Below are positions 24,510 to 38,982 of a DNA stretch of 64,000 bases, in pieces (the first letter of the stretch is position 1; each line of letters begins with the position of its first letter). The stretch spans positions 43,400,001-43,464,000 of the forward strand of contig OX597827.1 in assembly GCA_951406725.2 (NCBI GenBank), given 5' to 3'. Made by a program: the position numbers and the translations under genes. The DNA is from Octopus vulgaris. Lineage: Eukaryota. Under the pieces are notes generated by a model. It was not told where the DNA came from, made no database searches, and worked only from the letters and a program-made list of their open reading frames with translations.

Positions 24510-25660
24510 AAAGAAGCTGCATGCATTTGCGATGGATGCTTGAATACAATTTGAGTCCAGGAATGGATTTTGTTATGATGGGGACAATGGGGACACTGGT
24601 GATTTTGATTTTACCAGGGATTGGACAAATGCGTTTATTGATTGCAGGATATAATTCTTTTATGGTTCTTGTTTCTTCAACTCTTGATGCATTATGACAC
24701 ATTTCACACCATTCAGATCGATCTTCCCAATGATTTTCCCAAGATGGCAAGTTAAGCCGTAGAGATTTAAGTGATTACTTCAACTTACAGGTCCTCCTTT
24801 ACCGCGCTATCCTTCCACTTGTTGGCCATACAAAAGAATTTTTGAAATGCGGTCATCTTTCATTCGAGCAACATGTCCTACCTTTCTGCACTGAAGTCTC
24901 TCTTAATAGCATGCTTTCAATACTGGAGATTTCACATTTTTCTAAGATTTTGACATTTGATATCTTACCTTGCTATTTTATGCTGCAGATATTGCGCAGA
25001 CAGCACATGTGAAAGGTTTCCAATTTCTTTATATGTTTCTAGTTGGGAGTCCATGCTTCTTCTCTCTACAAAAATGTGCTCAAAATATAAGATTTGTATA
25101 TACTTATTTCAGTCTTCAGACTGACATTCTGTTTATCCTACAAATGATGGGCACATATTCCAAAAGCGCTTGTAGTCTTAGCAATTTGAACATTGATTTC
25201 ATCATCAAGAATAATGTTAAAGTACTGTACTTTTAATATATTTAAATGACTTGACCTATTTGGGTGGCTTGTGATCAATAACTCCGTTCTTATCTTGAGT
25301 ATGTTCTGCCCAGGCTTTGAATGGAATGGAATAAGACTTCATGAGCTGCCGCAGTAAACCTGTCCACCGTTTCCTGAATTCCCTCAAATCGCAATCATCG
25401 GCAAACAGTAAGTCACGTAGAATCTCTTCCGTATTATTTTTCTTTGACTTGAACTTTTTCCCGTTCAGGTTTAGTAAGTAAATCGACTTCTGTGCAAAAC
25501 TGGAATTTTACACCTTCATGAAAATCCCTGAAAGCATGTTGGAGCATCATCGAAAAGAATATGGAAAGATGTAGAGAAGCTAAAACACAGCCCTGTTTGG
25601 TTCCAGTAGCAAACAGAAAATGCCCCTTAACATTGACTACTAGGTGTCACTGTTGCCATC
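24510..25660 (-). mobile_element. Decayed RTE (BovB-like) LINE, RT core to C-terminus
   Basis: GTKQGCVLA..FFSMMLQHAF..ILRDLLFADDC, then SLKTEISIYKSYILSTFL..EAWT..IKKLETFHMCCLRNI. Confidence 0.85.
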
Positions 25661-25739
25661 ATGCAAGGATACTATTACCCTTATCATTTTATCAGCAAGG
25701 CCAAATTTCCAGAGCACCTCCCGATTCACTGTATCAAAG

Positions 25740-26160
25740 GCGTTCGTCTGAAAAAGAGAACATTTATGCTGAACTATTGAGAAATCTGCAGTTACTCTTT
25801 ACAGATTATAAGTTCAGGTTTATATCTGTAATTATTGGGTCCCTGAGATATCTAACACACTGTCTAAATGCCAATCTTGAGAAATTAGGCTTCTCAAACC
25901 CAGAAAAGCGAAAGCTAATTCGAAGACTACAGATTCACTCCATCACTGGAACTGTAAAAGTTTCCAGAAGTTTATCATTTGAATATATATGAGCATGTCC
26001 AGATATGCAACTATATGCACGAGAATACATACATAAAATATACATACATACATACATTCAAAAATGCCCTGTTGTTTATGTTGAAATTCCAATGATCTAG
26101 GTTAGAAACCGGTTCATTCTCTATTGGCAAGAAATCTTGAAATAAACTGAATAATGACTT
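25740..26160 (+). mobile_element. RLE-type LINE 3' end, (CATA)n-associated family
   Basis: SEKENIYAELLRNLQLL..FRFISVIIGSL..RRLQIHSITGTVK; homologous to 35645-36620 (-) and 18670-18800 (+). Confidence 0.8.
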
Positions 26161-26421
26161 ACATAGATACATACAGACTGACAGACAGACAGACATGTGT
26201 GAGTGTTCATATACCAAATATATACACACACAAATACACACGATCACAAACAATCACATACTCACGTATATATACACACGCACACAATCTATATATTTAT
26301 CCTGTCATGTGTCTTCCCACGAGGTCACAAATCACGACCCAAAAGTCACAGTTCTGTTTGACCTTCATTTCAAATTTCCAAGGGAGGCTTTAACTCTCCC
26401 TTAAGTGTGTCACCTCTGCTG

Positions 26422-26475
<54 letters not shown>

Positions 26476-27097
26476 TGTGTATGCATGGATGCATGTATAT
26501 GTTTACGCACTCAAGCACATTCAGATACCCATACACACACACATATATATATGTATATATGTGTGTGTATGTTGTGTGCGTGTGTGTGTCCACACATACT
26601 CATGCGTATGTCTGTGTAAACAAGGTATACTACCACCCTCAGTAGGCGCGAAAAACACATCCATTTTGTCATTGACATACACATATGCGCGTTTATTATA
26701 TATGTACATATATATATGTGTGTGTGTATGTGTGTGTGTATGTATGCATGTATGTATGTATGTATGTATGTATGTATGTATGTATGTATGTATGTATGTA
26801 TGTATGTATGTATGTATGTATGTTCATCTTGTCACCCACTCATACACACTCCAGAATGGGATCATTCTCTGAATAGCGATACAAAGATAAAATATTTACC
26901 CTAAAAAGAATAAAGCCCCCTTTGATGGAAGTTCTCTTAGCTGCAACAAGCGGAAGCTAATTAATAAAATTATGCAATTCACGTTTCTTTGTTATTTAGT
27001 ATTACGATATATTTTATTGTTATATTTAAGGATAGTGATTTTCATTTTTTCTTTTATCTTCTTTTTTGTTTGTTACCAAATAAACACACGAACTATA

Positions 27098-27395
27098 AAT
27101 TCGTTCTTCACTCGTTTGTTACTGTTCTTATGTTATCTTATGTTCGTTGCCCAGAAATCTTTCGTCACACATCTGTGACCTCTTCAGCGACCTTTTCCAT
27201 CCATGTGTTTTTCTTGCTTATCTTACTTCATTCTGTCCTTCTATGATGTGTACCCTTATCCGCCTCATAAGGAAACACATCATAGAAGGACAGAATGGAC
27301 TAAGTAGAGCAGGAGGACACACGTGTGAAGATGAGATGACCAAAGAGGTCAGAAATGCGTGACGAAAGTTTTCTAGAAACGGGTGAAGAACGAAT
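27098..27395. repeat. ~300-bp imperfect inverted repeat with a hammerhead-like motif in each arm
   Basis: CATTCTGTCCTTCTATGATGTGT pairs with ACACATCATAGAAGGACAGAATG. The minus arm reads CTGAAGA-G-GTCAC agatgt GTGAC-GAAAG ATTT CT. Confidence 0.8.
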
Positions 27396-27689
27396 ATATA
27401 ATGCGTATATTTTATTATTGTTGCATATTTCTACCAGTTAGTTTCTGTTCTGAATTCGGATCCGACCAAAATAAACTTCACCATTCAACCATTCAGAGTT
27501 GATGAATAAAGTAACAGTTAGGCATTGGAGTCAATGAGTGTGTCACATTCTTGATGTCGCTATCTCTCGCTCTTTCTATCAGGGAGAAAGCAACGTTGAG
27601 GAGAATGTCTCGGAAAGGATCAAAATAGCCGAGACAAATTGTAAATGTCACGACAACGTGTTTACGGCTTCCCTAAAAACTAAACAGTT

Positions 27690-27906
27690 AAGAAACGTTA
27701 GCACGCCGGGCGAAATGCGTGGCCGTATTTCCTCTGCCGTTACGTTCTGGTTTCAAACTCCGCCGAGGTCGACTTTGCATTTCATCCTTTCGGGGTCGAT
27801 AAATTAAGCACCAGTTACGCACTGGGGTCGATGTAATCGACTTAATCCGTGTGTCTGTCCTTGTTTGTCTCCTCTGTGTTTAGCCCCTTGTGGGCAATAA
27901 AGAAAT
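27690..27906 (+). mobile_element. SINE B
   Basis: GAAACGTTAGCACGCCGGGCGAAATG...GCCCCTTGTGGGCAATAAAGAAATA. Confidence 0.88.
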
Positions 27907-27974
27907 ATATATACATATGTGTGTGTGTACGTGTGTGTGCGCGTGTCTCTATGTATGCGTGTGTGTGTGTTTAT

Positions 27975-28345
27975 CGAAATTTGGGGAGTAAAGCAGGTAG
28001 AATTCAGGTTACATATGTTTCGTAGTTCCTGGACGTTCTTTTTTATACCTACCACGAACTGCTTGAAGTTTACAAACTTCCTACACTTCGATCCTTCGAC
28101 GCAGCAGTCCGACAAAACGCGTTATGGCGGCACATACCATGGGTCTATCAGCCACTACTAAATTCAAACCACGACGATCAGAGGAGATGGCCTTGAACCC
28201 GACGTTTTCAAACTAACGGAGACAACACTCGTAGGGTTGGAGTTGGTCAGGATAAATGTTGTTATATGGTTGTGAAAACGGGGAAACCTATAAACCAGAC
28301 TAGTAACATCTCCATCAATGATTTGACTGTTTTCGCTGTATCTGA
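27975..28345 (+). mobile_element. Probable old CR1/L2-like LINE 3' relic
   Basis: TYHELLEVYKLPTL followed by a frameshifted LRR, then NTR- and VV..-like remnants. This is the order seen in CR1-group C-termini. Confidence 0.4.
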
Positions 28346-28437
28346 CGAAGAATTTTACATGTATATCACGTATATCGCCTGAGGAAACACAACTATATTT
28401 CATTATGTAAGCAAACATTTGCATAATGTTTGCATAA

Positions 28438-28918
28438 TGTGGAGGCGCAATGGTCCAGGGGTTAGGACAGCGGACTCGCGGTTGGAGGATCGCGATTTCG
28501 ATTTACAGACCGGGTGTTGTGTGTGTTTATTGAGCGAAAACACCTAAAAGCTCCACGAGGCTCCGGCAGGGGGTGGTGATCCCTGCTGTACTCTTTCACC
28601 ACTCTTTAGGAGGTGCAATGGCCCAGTGGTTAGGGCAGCGGACTCGCGGTCGTAGGATCGCGGTTTCGATTCCCAGACCAGGCGTTGTGAGTGTTTATTG
28701 TGCGAAAAAAACACCTAATGGTCCACGATGCTCCGGCAGGGGGTGGTGGCGATCCCTGCTGTACTCTTTCACCACTCTTTCTCCCACTCTTTCTTCTGTT
28801 GGCCTGCTCGCTTAGCCAGCGGGGTGGCGTCATTCGAAGGCTAAAACAATGTGAACGCATTGTGACCAGCGATGTGTAACTACATCTGATGGACTGGTCG
28901 GTCACGTGATCACGTGAT
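28438..28918 (+). mobile_element. SINE C, short-tail variant, with tandemly duplicated 5' half
   Basis: GGAGGCGCAATGG head at 28441 and again at 28609; ends GGTCACGTGATCACGTGAT. Confidence 0.88.
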
Positions 28919-29108
28919 ATGTTGAAATGGCGGTGCCCCAGCATGGCCACAGCTCGTGAGCTGAAACTAGAATAAATCATAATGAAATACCTGTATACTT
29001 GGAGGACTACGTTGTGTCGAAACGATTGTAGCGAATAATAAATAACTGTCCAACCGTACTCCTTCTTCATGACTCCAATTTCTTCTTTGCTTTAATTTTA
29101 TATATATA

Positions 29109-29502
29109 CTAGCAGTATCGCCCGGCGTTGCTCGGGTTTGTAAGGGAAATAACTATATAAGCATTTTTAGAGATGTAAAGTATAATAGCCATCTCAATAT
29201 GGCTAACCCCAAGGGGAGGGTTACTGTATCTTTTTACGTTCTGAGATTTAATAATAAATTTTTAGAGAGTTACTTCCCTTATATATGCCAAAAATGCATT
29301 AAAAATGGGAAAAATTGATGGTAAATTTATTTTTAAATCGTAGACTCATCGTAGACGCGCGCTAATACCCAGAAGGGCTCGATATGAATCACGATTATAA
29401 GATGCCCGGTTTTGGTTAAACTGCACCGCAAAATGTGGGAGTAGTTAGGAATCTAAATCGTAGGAGACAGACAGCACACAACCTTACTTTTATATATGAA
29501 GA
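29109..29502 (-). mobile_element. Non-autonomous Helitron (copy 1)
   Basis: The reverse complement begins A|TC, ends with the hairpin CCCGAGC-AAC-GCCGGG followed by CTAG|T, and has no target duplication. Confidence 0.85.
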
Positions 29503-29606
29503 TATCTATATATAAGAAAGATTGTTTCTCCATGGTAACTACAGTGTATTTGACTTTAGCAGTTGAAATATGTGACAAACATATTTCAACTAACCTGAAT
29601 TGTGAA

Positions 29607-29660
<54 letters not shown>

Positions 29661-29814
29661 CATGACTGCAATTTCTTCGATTTTATATTCACAGACGACG
29701 AATGCCCGCACTTAAGCTTAGAGCTATATAATAATACTACAGATAGTACTGGGTAATTCTGAAGGTACACGTTCCAAACGGAATATAACATAACTATATA
29801 TATATATAAATATG

Positions 29815-29848
<34 letters not shown>

Positions 29849-30231
29849 CGTGCGTGTGTGTATATATATATATATGTTCTTGACGGTACGACTGTCTATT
29901 CTTGATATTTTTGCTGTTTTTTTTAAAAATATTTCTGGCGGATTACAGCGATGACAGTGTTCCTCATAGCATAAGCTTGACAGCCAAGCCAATCTGAAAG
30001 ACTTGCAATACACCACCATAGAACATCACATGCACAAAAGCCAATGCATATACTTAATAAATGAATATTCATATGTATATATGTATATATATATGTGTGT
30101 GCATGTATATATATATATATGTATTTATGTATATATGTATATATGGGGGTATATGGATGTGTAAAGAGAACGCGAAAATAATATGGACAGGGCGGAGAAG
30201 TATAATCGTATGATTTCCATAAAAAGCTGGA

Positions 30232-30283
<52 letters not shown>

Positions 30284-30559
30284 AGTAACTCTGTTATATA
30301 TTTCTATTGAATATTGTAGAGAAAAAACAAAACAAAAAACAAAACAATAATATACATGTATGGATATAGATAGATAGGGGAAAAGGAGTAAAAGATCGAT
30401 AGCAGCGATCTGTAAATCGTAGAATAAGTCCTAATAAAGTTAGCATTGATAACTTAATGTATCTTAGATGTGACATATTGCCGGGAAGAACGAAAGAATA
30501 ATCGATGAGAACAGGGCTCTTCTATGAAGGATCCTACATACATACATACATAGAGACAA

Positions 30560-30606
<47 letters not shown>

Positions 30607-30646
30607 TACATAGAAACATACATACATACATACATACATACATACA

Positions 30647-30713
<67 letters not shown>

Positions 30714-31022
30714 TGGCACATATGTGTGTGTGTGTTTATGTAAGTATTATGTATGTTGTATGTGCACGCGCGTGCGTGCGTGTGTAAAAAACCGGATGTT
30801 CGCTTTTTGATTTATATGTCGGATGAGTCACTTGTGTTTGCATGGATACTTAATTTATAATTATATACATCCCCATCTACATACAAACAAAAAAAAATAC
30901 ATGGATAGATAAACACATACACACCCTCACATATATAAGTGCATTGATACTACATGTGTGTATGTGCATGCAAGTGTTTGTATATAAATATATTTCAATA
31001 TCTACGTATATATATATACATG

Positions 31023-31100
<78 letters not shown>

Positions 31101-32049
31101 CATGTATGTATATATATATATGTACAAATTTATGTTTATTCGCACACACATTGTTGTATGTACAGATATATATACATATACATGCACACATTTATATACA
31201 TAAGTGCATACTTATATATATATATATATATGCGCAAACACACACTCACGCATGTGTCCGCATATATGCATATATGTCTTTAGATTCCTATAAAACAGAC
31301 ATGCTATAAAAAAAACTGGTTCTACATAATCGTTGTCATATTCCCTATCCTTATTGTTGAAAGTATAAAGAGAAGAAAAAAAAACAGCATCTCTATTATC
31401 GATATCTATAACCTCCGTTATCGATTAATCCATATCGCCAGATGAATACAGATCGATTGTTTGGAATGAAGATAAAATAAACAATATATAAAACACATGA
31501 CTGTATTGTTTATTACTTTGTTGTATTTGTTTTGTTGTTTTTTCCTCTAATATTAGCAAATGTCTCGAAAATTGCAGGGGCGTATTCGGTGTTGTTTGTG
31601 ACGACGCCATTTTGATGACGAGTAAATTTTATTGTAATTTATATTTATATCTTAATCAGTAAAGATGGTAGGATTTCGCTTCATCTTGCTGGGATTTCCA
31701 GCCAGAAATACGAATGCAGAAATTGTTCGAATCAACGACATCAAAACTGAAATTTAAAATTAATACTTAATTTTGAATTTTTTTATTTTTCGGCGATTAG
31801 TGCGCACTAGTAAAATTCGTTACAAAAAAAAATTAAAGAGTACAAATGGGAAATTAATATCTTTATTGTTTGCATGTATCATCAGTCTCTAAACTACGAG
31901 TAATATACGCAATAAATTTCCATTTTTCCATTTTGCAGTCTCGCTGAAGAAGGCACCACATGTGTACAGATACTTTTGAAACATGGAAAGATTTAGCATA
32001 TACTGTTTTGTGTGATTTTATCTTTAAACCATCGTCTCAGCCCTACTTA

Positions 32050-32097
<48 letters not shown>

Positions 32098-32581
32098 TTC
32101 CCTCTCTCTCTCTCACACACACAAAAACAAACACACATACACGCATACATACACACACACACATATATATATGTGCATGCACATGCACAGGTACACATAT
32201 ATACATATGTACGTGTATCTATATGTGTGTGTACAAAGACACACACACACACACTCTCACACACGCTCAAGCACACACACAAAAACACACACACATACAC
32301 GCACACATATACACACATACATATATGTGCATGCACATGCACACGTACACATGTATACATATGTACGTGTATATATATATATATGTGTGTACAAAGAAAG
32401 ACACACACACACACACTCATAAATATCTATATATTTCGCTCGCTTAGGGATTGCTAGACATATAACCCGGTGTAAAACTCAATATACGTGTGTTTCCGAA
32501 CAAAGTGTTAGCTGGAGTATAGAACGGTAGTAAGAAAGAGAGATAACAAAGGATTACATGATTATCTTATGGACTTTATTA

Positions 32582-32660
32582 GTTAACAACTGTTTCTGCT
32601 ATAAGATGCGATGCACCCATACTTGAGTGCCTAAATAACAGCCTATAGCTTCATCGGAGC
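32582..32660 (-). ncRNA. Hammerhead-like motif with an extended, branched stem II
   Basis: Reverse complement: CCGATGA-A-GCTATAGG...GCACTCA agta TGGGTGC...CTTATAGC-AGAAAC AGTT GTT. Confidence 0.5.
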
Positions 32661-32798
32661 CTAAGCCATGCAATTCATGAGATATGATGCAAAATTTCTT
32701 GAATAAGAGCTCATAACACCGAAATATTGAAATAAAAGATAAAAGTACAAACTAGCATTGCTTCGCCTTTAAAAGATTAAACCATTTATATATATATA

Positions 32799-33185
32799 CT
32801 AGCAGTATCGCCCGGCGTTGCTCGGGTTTGTAAGGGAAATAACTATATAAGCATTTTAGAGAGTTATAGCCAAAACATAGCAAAAAATGCATTAAAAATG
32901 GAAAAAAAATGATGGTAAATTTTTTTTTAAATCGTTGACTCACCGTAGACATTTTTAGAGAGTTACTTCCCTTAGGGAAAAAAATGCATTAAAATGGAAA
33001 AAATGATGTTAAATTATTTTTAAAATCGTAGACTCATCGTAGACGCGCGCTAATACCTAGAAGGGCTCGATATGAATCACGACTATAAGATACCCGCTTT
33101 TGATTACACTGCACCGCAAAATGTGGGAGTAGTTAGGAATCTAAATCGTAGGAAACAGACACACAACTTCTCTTTTATATATATA
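32799..33185 (-). mobile_element. Non-autonomous Helitron (copy 2)
   Basis: Same termini as copy 1, with an internal ~95-bp duplication. Confidence 0.85.
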
Positions 33186-33471
33186 TATATGTGCGTGTAT
33201 GTGTGTTTGTACCAGCAAACTGGCATAGACCCACTGGTTAACAGAAGCTTTACAGTTCCATTGGTCTAGTCCCATCACAGTAATAATTCTAAACGTCCTG
33301 ATGTCGACTGAGCACGTAGATAAAGATGGCCGACGTAGTTTTCATTGTAAAACTTTAAGTTATGCAGTAATAAACCAAGATATGTTTTACTATAGATGTA
33401 TGTATATATACATGTATATATATATATATATACATATTATTTATTTATATATATATATGTATGTATATATA

Positions 33472-33534
<63 letters not shown>

Positions 33535-33772
33535 ATATATACATAGGGTGAGAAAGTTGAAGAGAGAATAAGAGTGTAGAAATGCAAGTGTGAATAACAT
33601 CAATTCAAATTAATATTTGATTTGTCTTAAATGAAGAATTTAATTACTATTCTAAGTTATTTATTTATGATGCAGCAATGATTAAATAGTTTAGAAATAG
33701 CAGTTTATATTTTCATCCATTTTATGTATGAGTGTATGCATATGTATGTCTGTACGTATGTATATATATATA

Positions 33773-33805
<33 letters not shown>

Positions 33806-34053
33806 ATGTATGTATGTATGTATGTATGTATGTATGTATGTATGTGTGTATGTATGATTGTATGTGTAGATGTATAGACGGACAGATGGATAGACTGATA
33901 GAAACGGAGAGAGAGAAAGAGAAAGAGAGAGAGAGAGAGAGAGAGGCATATTCAAATATTTGCCCACGTATATGATCACGAACTTACAGCAATATACACC
34001 AATGAATGTTAAGGGTCTACAGTACTATAACCCGTAATAATAATCATATATAT

Positions 34054-34165
<112 letters not shown>

Positions 34166-34402
34166 CATATGTATACATATATATATATATATTCGTATAT
34201 ATATATATATACACATATATATACACACACACATATATATACATATAAATATATATATGCATGTATACATACACACACACACACATTTGTAAGCGTAGAT
34301 GAATGGATGTGTCATGTAAATATGAACACCATGAGCTTTATGTGCGTATGTATGTCGATAAATGTTTTCGAAACTCAGTGGATTAATTCATATACATACA
34401 TT

Positions 34403-34858
<456 letters not shown>

Positions 34859-35074
34859 GATATAAGTGTATCAAAGAGTATGTACATATATACATACACT
34901 CTTATATATATATATACTTGCTTTTACTAATGTACTTTATCAAACTTCTCTATTTAATTACTTATATTACTTAATAATTAATTAATTTGTTTTTGAAGTT
35001 ATATCCTTATTTGCTCTTTGATTTCTTCCATACCTTCTCTCCCTCCCTTTACCGTTACTTTCTTCGTCTCATTT

Positions 35075-35125
<51 letters not shown>

Positions 35126-35644
35126 CTCTCTCTCTCTCTCTGTTTTGTCCCATGAGCTGCTTCCTCCTTCTATCCTTAACCATATTACATCGCACATCCC
35201 ACTCCTCTTCCTTTCTCTCCCTCTCTCTCTCTCTTTCTCTCTCTCTCTTTCTCTCTCTCACCTTCTCTTCTTCGATTTACATTGTATCTGACTTGAACTC
35301 TCACGACATGGGCGGAAAATCCATAAGTTCAAACCAACCCAACAAGACAAGCGGCTCGAGTTGTGGTCTTTCGCCTTCCCACAAATTATATGTATGCATG
35401 CATATACGTATGTATGTATGTATGTATGTATGTATGTATGTATGTATGTATGTATGTATGTATGTATGTATGTATGTATGTATGTATGTATGCATGCATG
35501 CATGCATGCAATGTATGTATGTATGTATGTATGTATGTATGTATGTATGTATGCATGCATGCATGCATGCATGCATGTATGTATGTATGTATGTATGTAT
35601 GTATGTATGTATGTATGTATGTGTGAATATATGTATTATGTGCG

Positions 35645-35869
35645 TGACATTCTTAAGTTTATTTCATGATTTCTTGCCAATAGAGAATGAACGGGTTTCT
35701 AACCTAGATCGAAAACTCCTTCATTGGAATTTCAACATAAACAATAGTGTATTTTTGTATGTATGTATGTATGTATGTATGTATGTATGTATGTATGTAT
35801 GTATGTATGTATGTATGTATGTATGTATGTATGCATGTATGTATGTATGTATGTATGTATGTATGTATG

Positions 35870-35901
<32 letters not shown>

Positions 35902-36620
35902 TGTATGTATGTATGTATGTATGTATGTATGTATGTATGTATGTATGTATGTATGTATGTATGTATGTATGTATGTGCAGATTTGTATGTTTTACCTATG
36001 TTTTCTCATGCATATACTTACATATCTAGACATGCTCATGTATATTCAAATGATAAACTTCTGGAAAGTTTTTCAGATTTTTACAGTTCCAGTGATGGAT
36101 TGAATCTGTAGTCTTCGAATTAGCTTTCTCTTTTCTTGTTTTGAGAAGTCTAATTTCTCGAGATTGATATTTAGGCAGTGTGTTACATATCTCAGGGTCC
36201 CAATTATTACAGGTAAAAACCTGAACTTTTAATCTGGACAGAGTAACTGCAGATTTCTCGGTAGTTCAGAATAGACGTTCTCTTTTTCACTGATCTTCAG
36301 CTTTACGTTAACATCCGTTGGGTAGCTAATTCCCACAACTGTGCATAGTTCTCAAATGATTATATCAGGTCTGTTGTGCTTGCATTTTATGGAGATATTC
36401 ACTGGTACATTCCGCCAGTATTCCTTTTTATTATGAGTGGCTATAACTTCTATCATATTGTAGGTTCTTATCTCTTTGTCCTCGGTATTATCCTTCCGAC
36501 GTATTTCATTATAGAGTGTCCTAGCTGCAACGTCATGCCTCATCGGTAGATAATGCCGTAATGACATTTTCGCACAAGTGCTTATGTTGTGGTAGATATC
36601 TTCAGTGTGAACTCCACAAA
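35645..36620 (-). mobile_element. RLE-type (R4-like) LINE 3' portion with a (CATA)n expansion inside its 3' UTR
   Basis: YLPMRHDVAAR..EYW.NVP..HNRPDIII..SEKENVYSEL..FLPVIIGTL; tail at 35645-35755 lies beyond (TATG)n. Confidence 0.85.
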
Positions 36621-36642
36621 GTCATTTTACGGTTTTTCTCTA

Positions 36643-36713
<71 letters not shown>

Positions 36714-36886
36714 TTTTCTATCTATCTATCTATCTATCTATCTCTTCGTTTGCCTGTCAATCTATCTATCTATCTATCTATCTATGTGTGCACACACACA
36801 CACACACACACGCACGAGCACACACATTCACACACACACACAAACACACAAACACAGACACACACAAACACACACACAAACACACA

Positions 36887-36929
<43 letters not shown>

Positions 36930-37554
36930 ACACACACACACACATGCCACAGACACTTTCTGCAGAAGACTATATCAATTCCATAATGCCATAAACACTT
37001 CACCGTTTGTCGTGTATTCTTCACGTGGAAATACAAATCTTTTTATATTTCACAAATATTTTATTGTGTCAATCAGGCTTGTCATTGCCAAATTAATTTA
37101 TCAACAAGTGGAGAATATATTTCTTCATACTGTGATTAATAATAGAATAAAACCATTTTTTCTCTTCTATTCTTTTCATTCTTTTTTTGTAATTTTTACT
37201 TTGATTAAATTTCTATTATCAACACAATCGTATGTAGCATGCGAATTATGGAATTATGGGCGCTGACAAAGATCCAAGTTCGGCCTCTTCATAATATATC
37301 CACACCAATATATTTATATTATATATTTTTAAACCCAATATTTACATACTGTTATTTATAATATCATGTTTTCAATCCTATTGAAAAATCTGTTTTGAGT
37401 AAAATTCCTGTGTAATCTTTACTTTGCGCTGAATGCAAAACCTTTTAAGACTGATACCCAAATTTAAACAAGTCCAGCGGCGCAAAAACACCAGATGCTC
37501 ATTACGTGGATGGTTTAACAAAGAGGTTATGAGCTTGGTGATTTAATGGAAAGC

Positions 37555-38000
37555 GAGTGTGTTATAACGTTTCGAACTCCAGCCTTTCACCAAAAGAAAA
37601 ATACAAACAAAGTGAGAATAAGAAAGAAGAATAGTCTGTGAAAAGGAGAGAAAGAAAAATGGTCGTGAGATCAGCAGCCAAAAACGTTATTAGCTTGAAG
37701 ATGTAATGGGAATCGAGAATTTTATAACGTTTCGAAAACCAGGCTTTCATCAAAAGAAAGATACAAAGTGAGAGTAAGAAAGAAGAGTAGTCTGTGAATA
37801 GGAGAGAAAGAAAAATGGTCGTGAGATCAGCAGCCAAAAACGTTATTAGCTTGAAGATGTAATGGGAGTCGAGAGTGTTATAACGTTTCGAACACCAGGC
37901 TTTCATCAAAAGAAAGATACAAACAAAGTGAAAGTAAGAAAGAAGAATAGGCTACGGGAAGGAAAGAAAAACAAATAGGCGTGAGATCAGCAGCTAAATG
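37555..38000 (-). repeat. Tandem repeat, ~2.8 copies of a 156-160 bp unit, each with a degenerate hammerhead-like motif
   Basis: ATAACGTTTCGAA at 37564, 37724 and 37880; reverse complement TTGATGA-AAGC ctggt GTTC-GAAAC-GTT. Confidence 0.85.
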
Positions 38001-38149
38001 CCCTTCAAATAACGCTCTACGTGTTGAGAAAAGAAAGGGCACGTTGGGTTAATGTCGATCTTGAAACCTTTAAAAACATTCCATGGATTTGATTGCAATG
38101 CCTTTGATCATAGACGTGGTCTGTCAGATCTGACCTTTGACTAAACTTC

Positions 38150-38667
38150 AACAACAATAGCAACATCATTATCAGTATTATCATCGTCGTCATGGTGATG
38201 CTCATTATTATTATCATCATAAACTTCATAATTGTTAAAAAAAAACAAACACCACCACCAATACCACAACTCTCACCACAACCAACGCAACTACCATCCC
38301 CACATCTACAATCATTGGTAGCACTACCAAAGTCGTCATTATCATCATCCTCACCATCATCGTCGTCGTCATCATCATCATCATCATTATCAACAACACC
38401 ATCACCATCACCATCAACATCATGTTCATCACCAACACCACCATCTTTACCGTCATCGTCACCGTCATTGTCATTATCATCATCCTCGTCATCGTCGTCG
38501 TCTTCATTACCATTTTCGTCACCATCATCATCGCCATCATCGTCAGCAGCAAGAGCAGCATCGCCATCAACATCAATATCCTCCTACGCCTCATCATCAT
38601 CATCATCATCATCATTATCATCCATATCAGCATCGTGGTCGTCGTCGCCATCATCATCATCGTCATC

Positions 38668-38754
<87 letters not shown>

Positions 38755-38771
38755 GTCGTCGTCGTCGTCAT

Positions 38772-38802
<31 letters not shown>

Positions 38803-38938
38803 AGCGACAGGAGTATCACTACAATTAACGTAAATATCCACCTCAGCCTCATCATCATCACTATCAACATCAGCATCGTCGTCGTTGTCGTCGTCGTCGT
38901 CGTCGTCATCATCATCATCATCGTCGTCGTCGTCGTCG

Positions 38939-38982
<44 letters not shown>

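Noticed and set aside
28026-28196. Possible terminal exon (AG|FLDVLFYTYHELLEVYKLPTLRSF...RRWP*)
   Set aside because: The acceptor is weak, there are no partner exons, and the motif order fits a decayed CR1/L2 C-terminus better. RNA-seq would settle it.
31944-31986. CTGAAGAAGG...GAAACATGG hammerhead candidate
   Set aside because: Stem II is weak and there is no UH cleavage site; at most a very old relic.
34987-36111. Longest ORF in the track (374 aa)
   Set aside because: It is made of (CT)n and (TATG)n repeats plus antisense LINE sequence.
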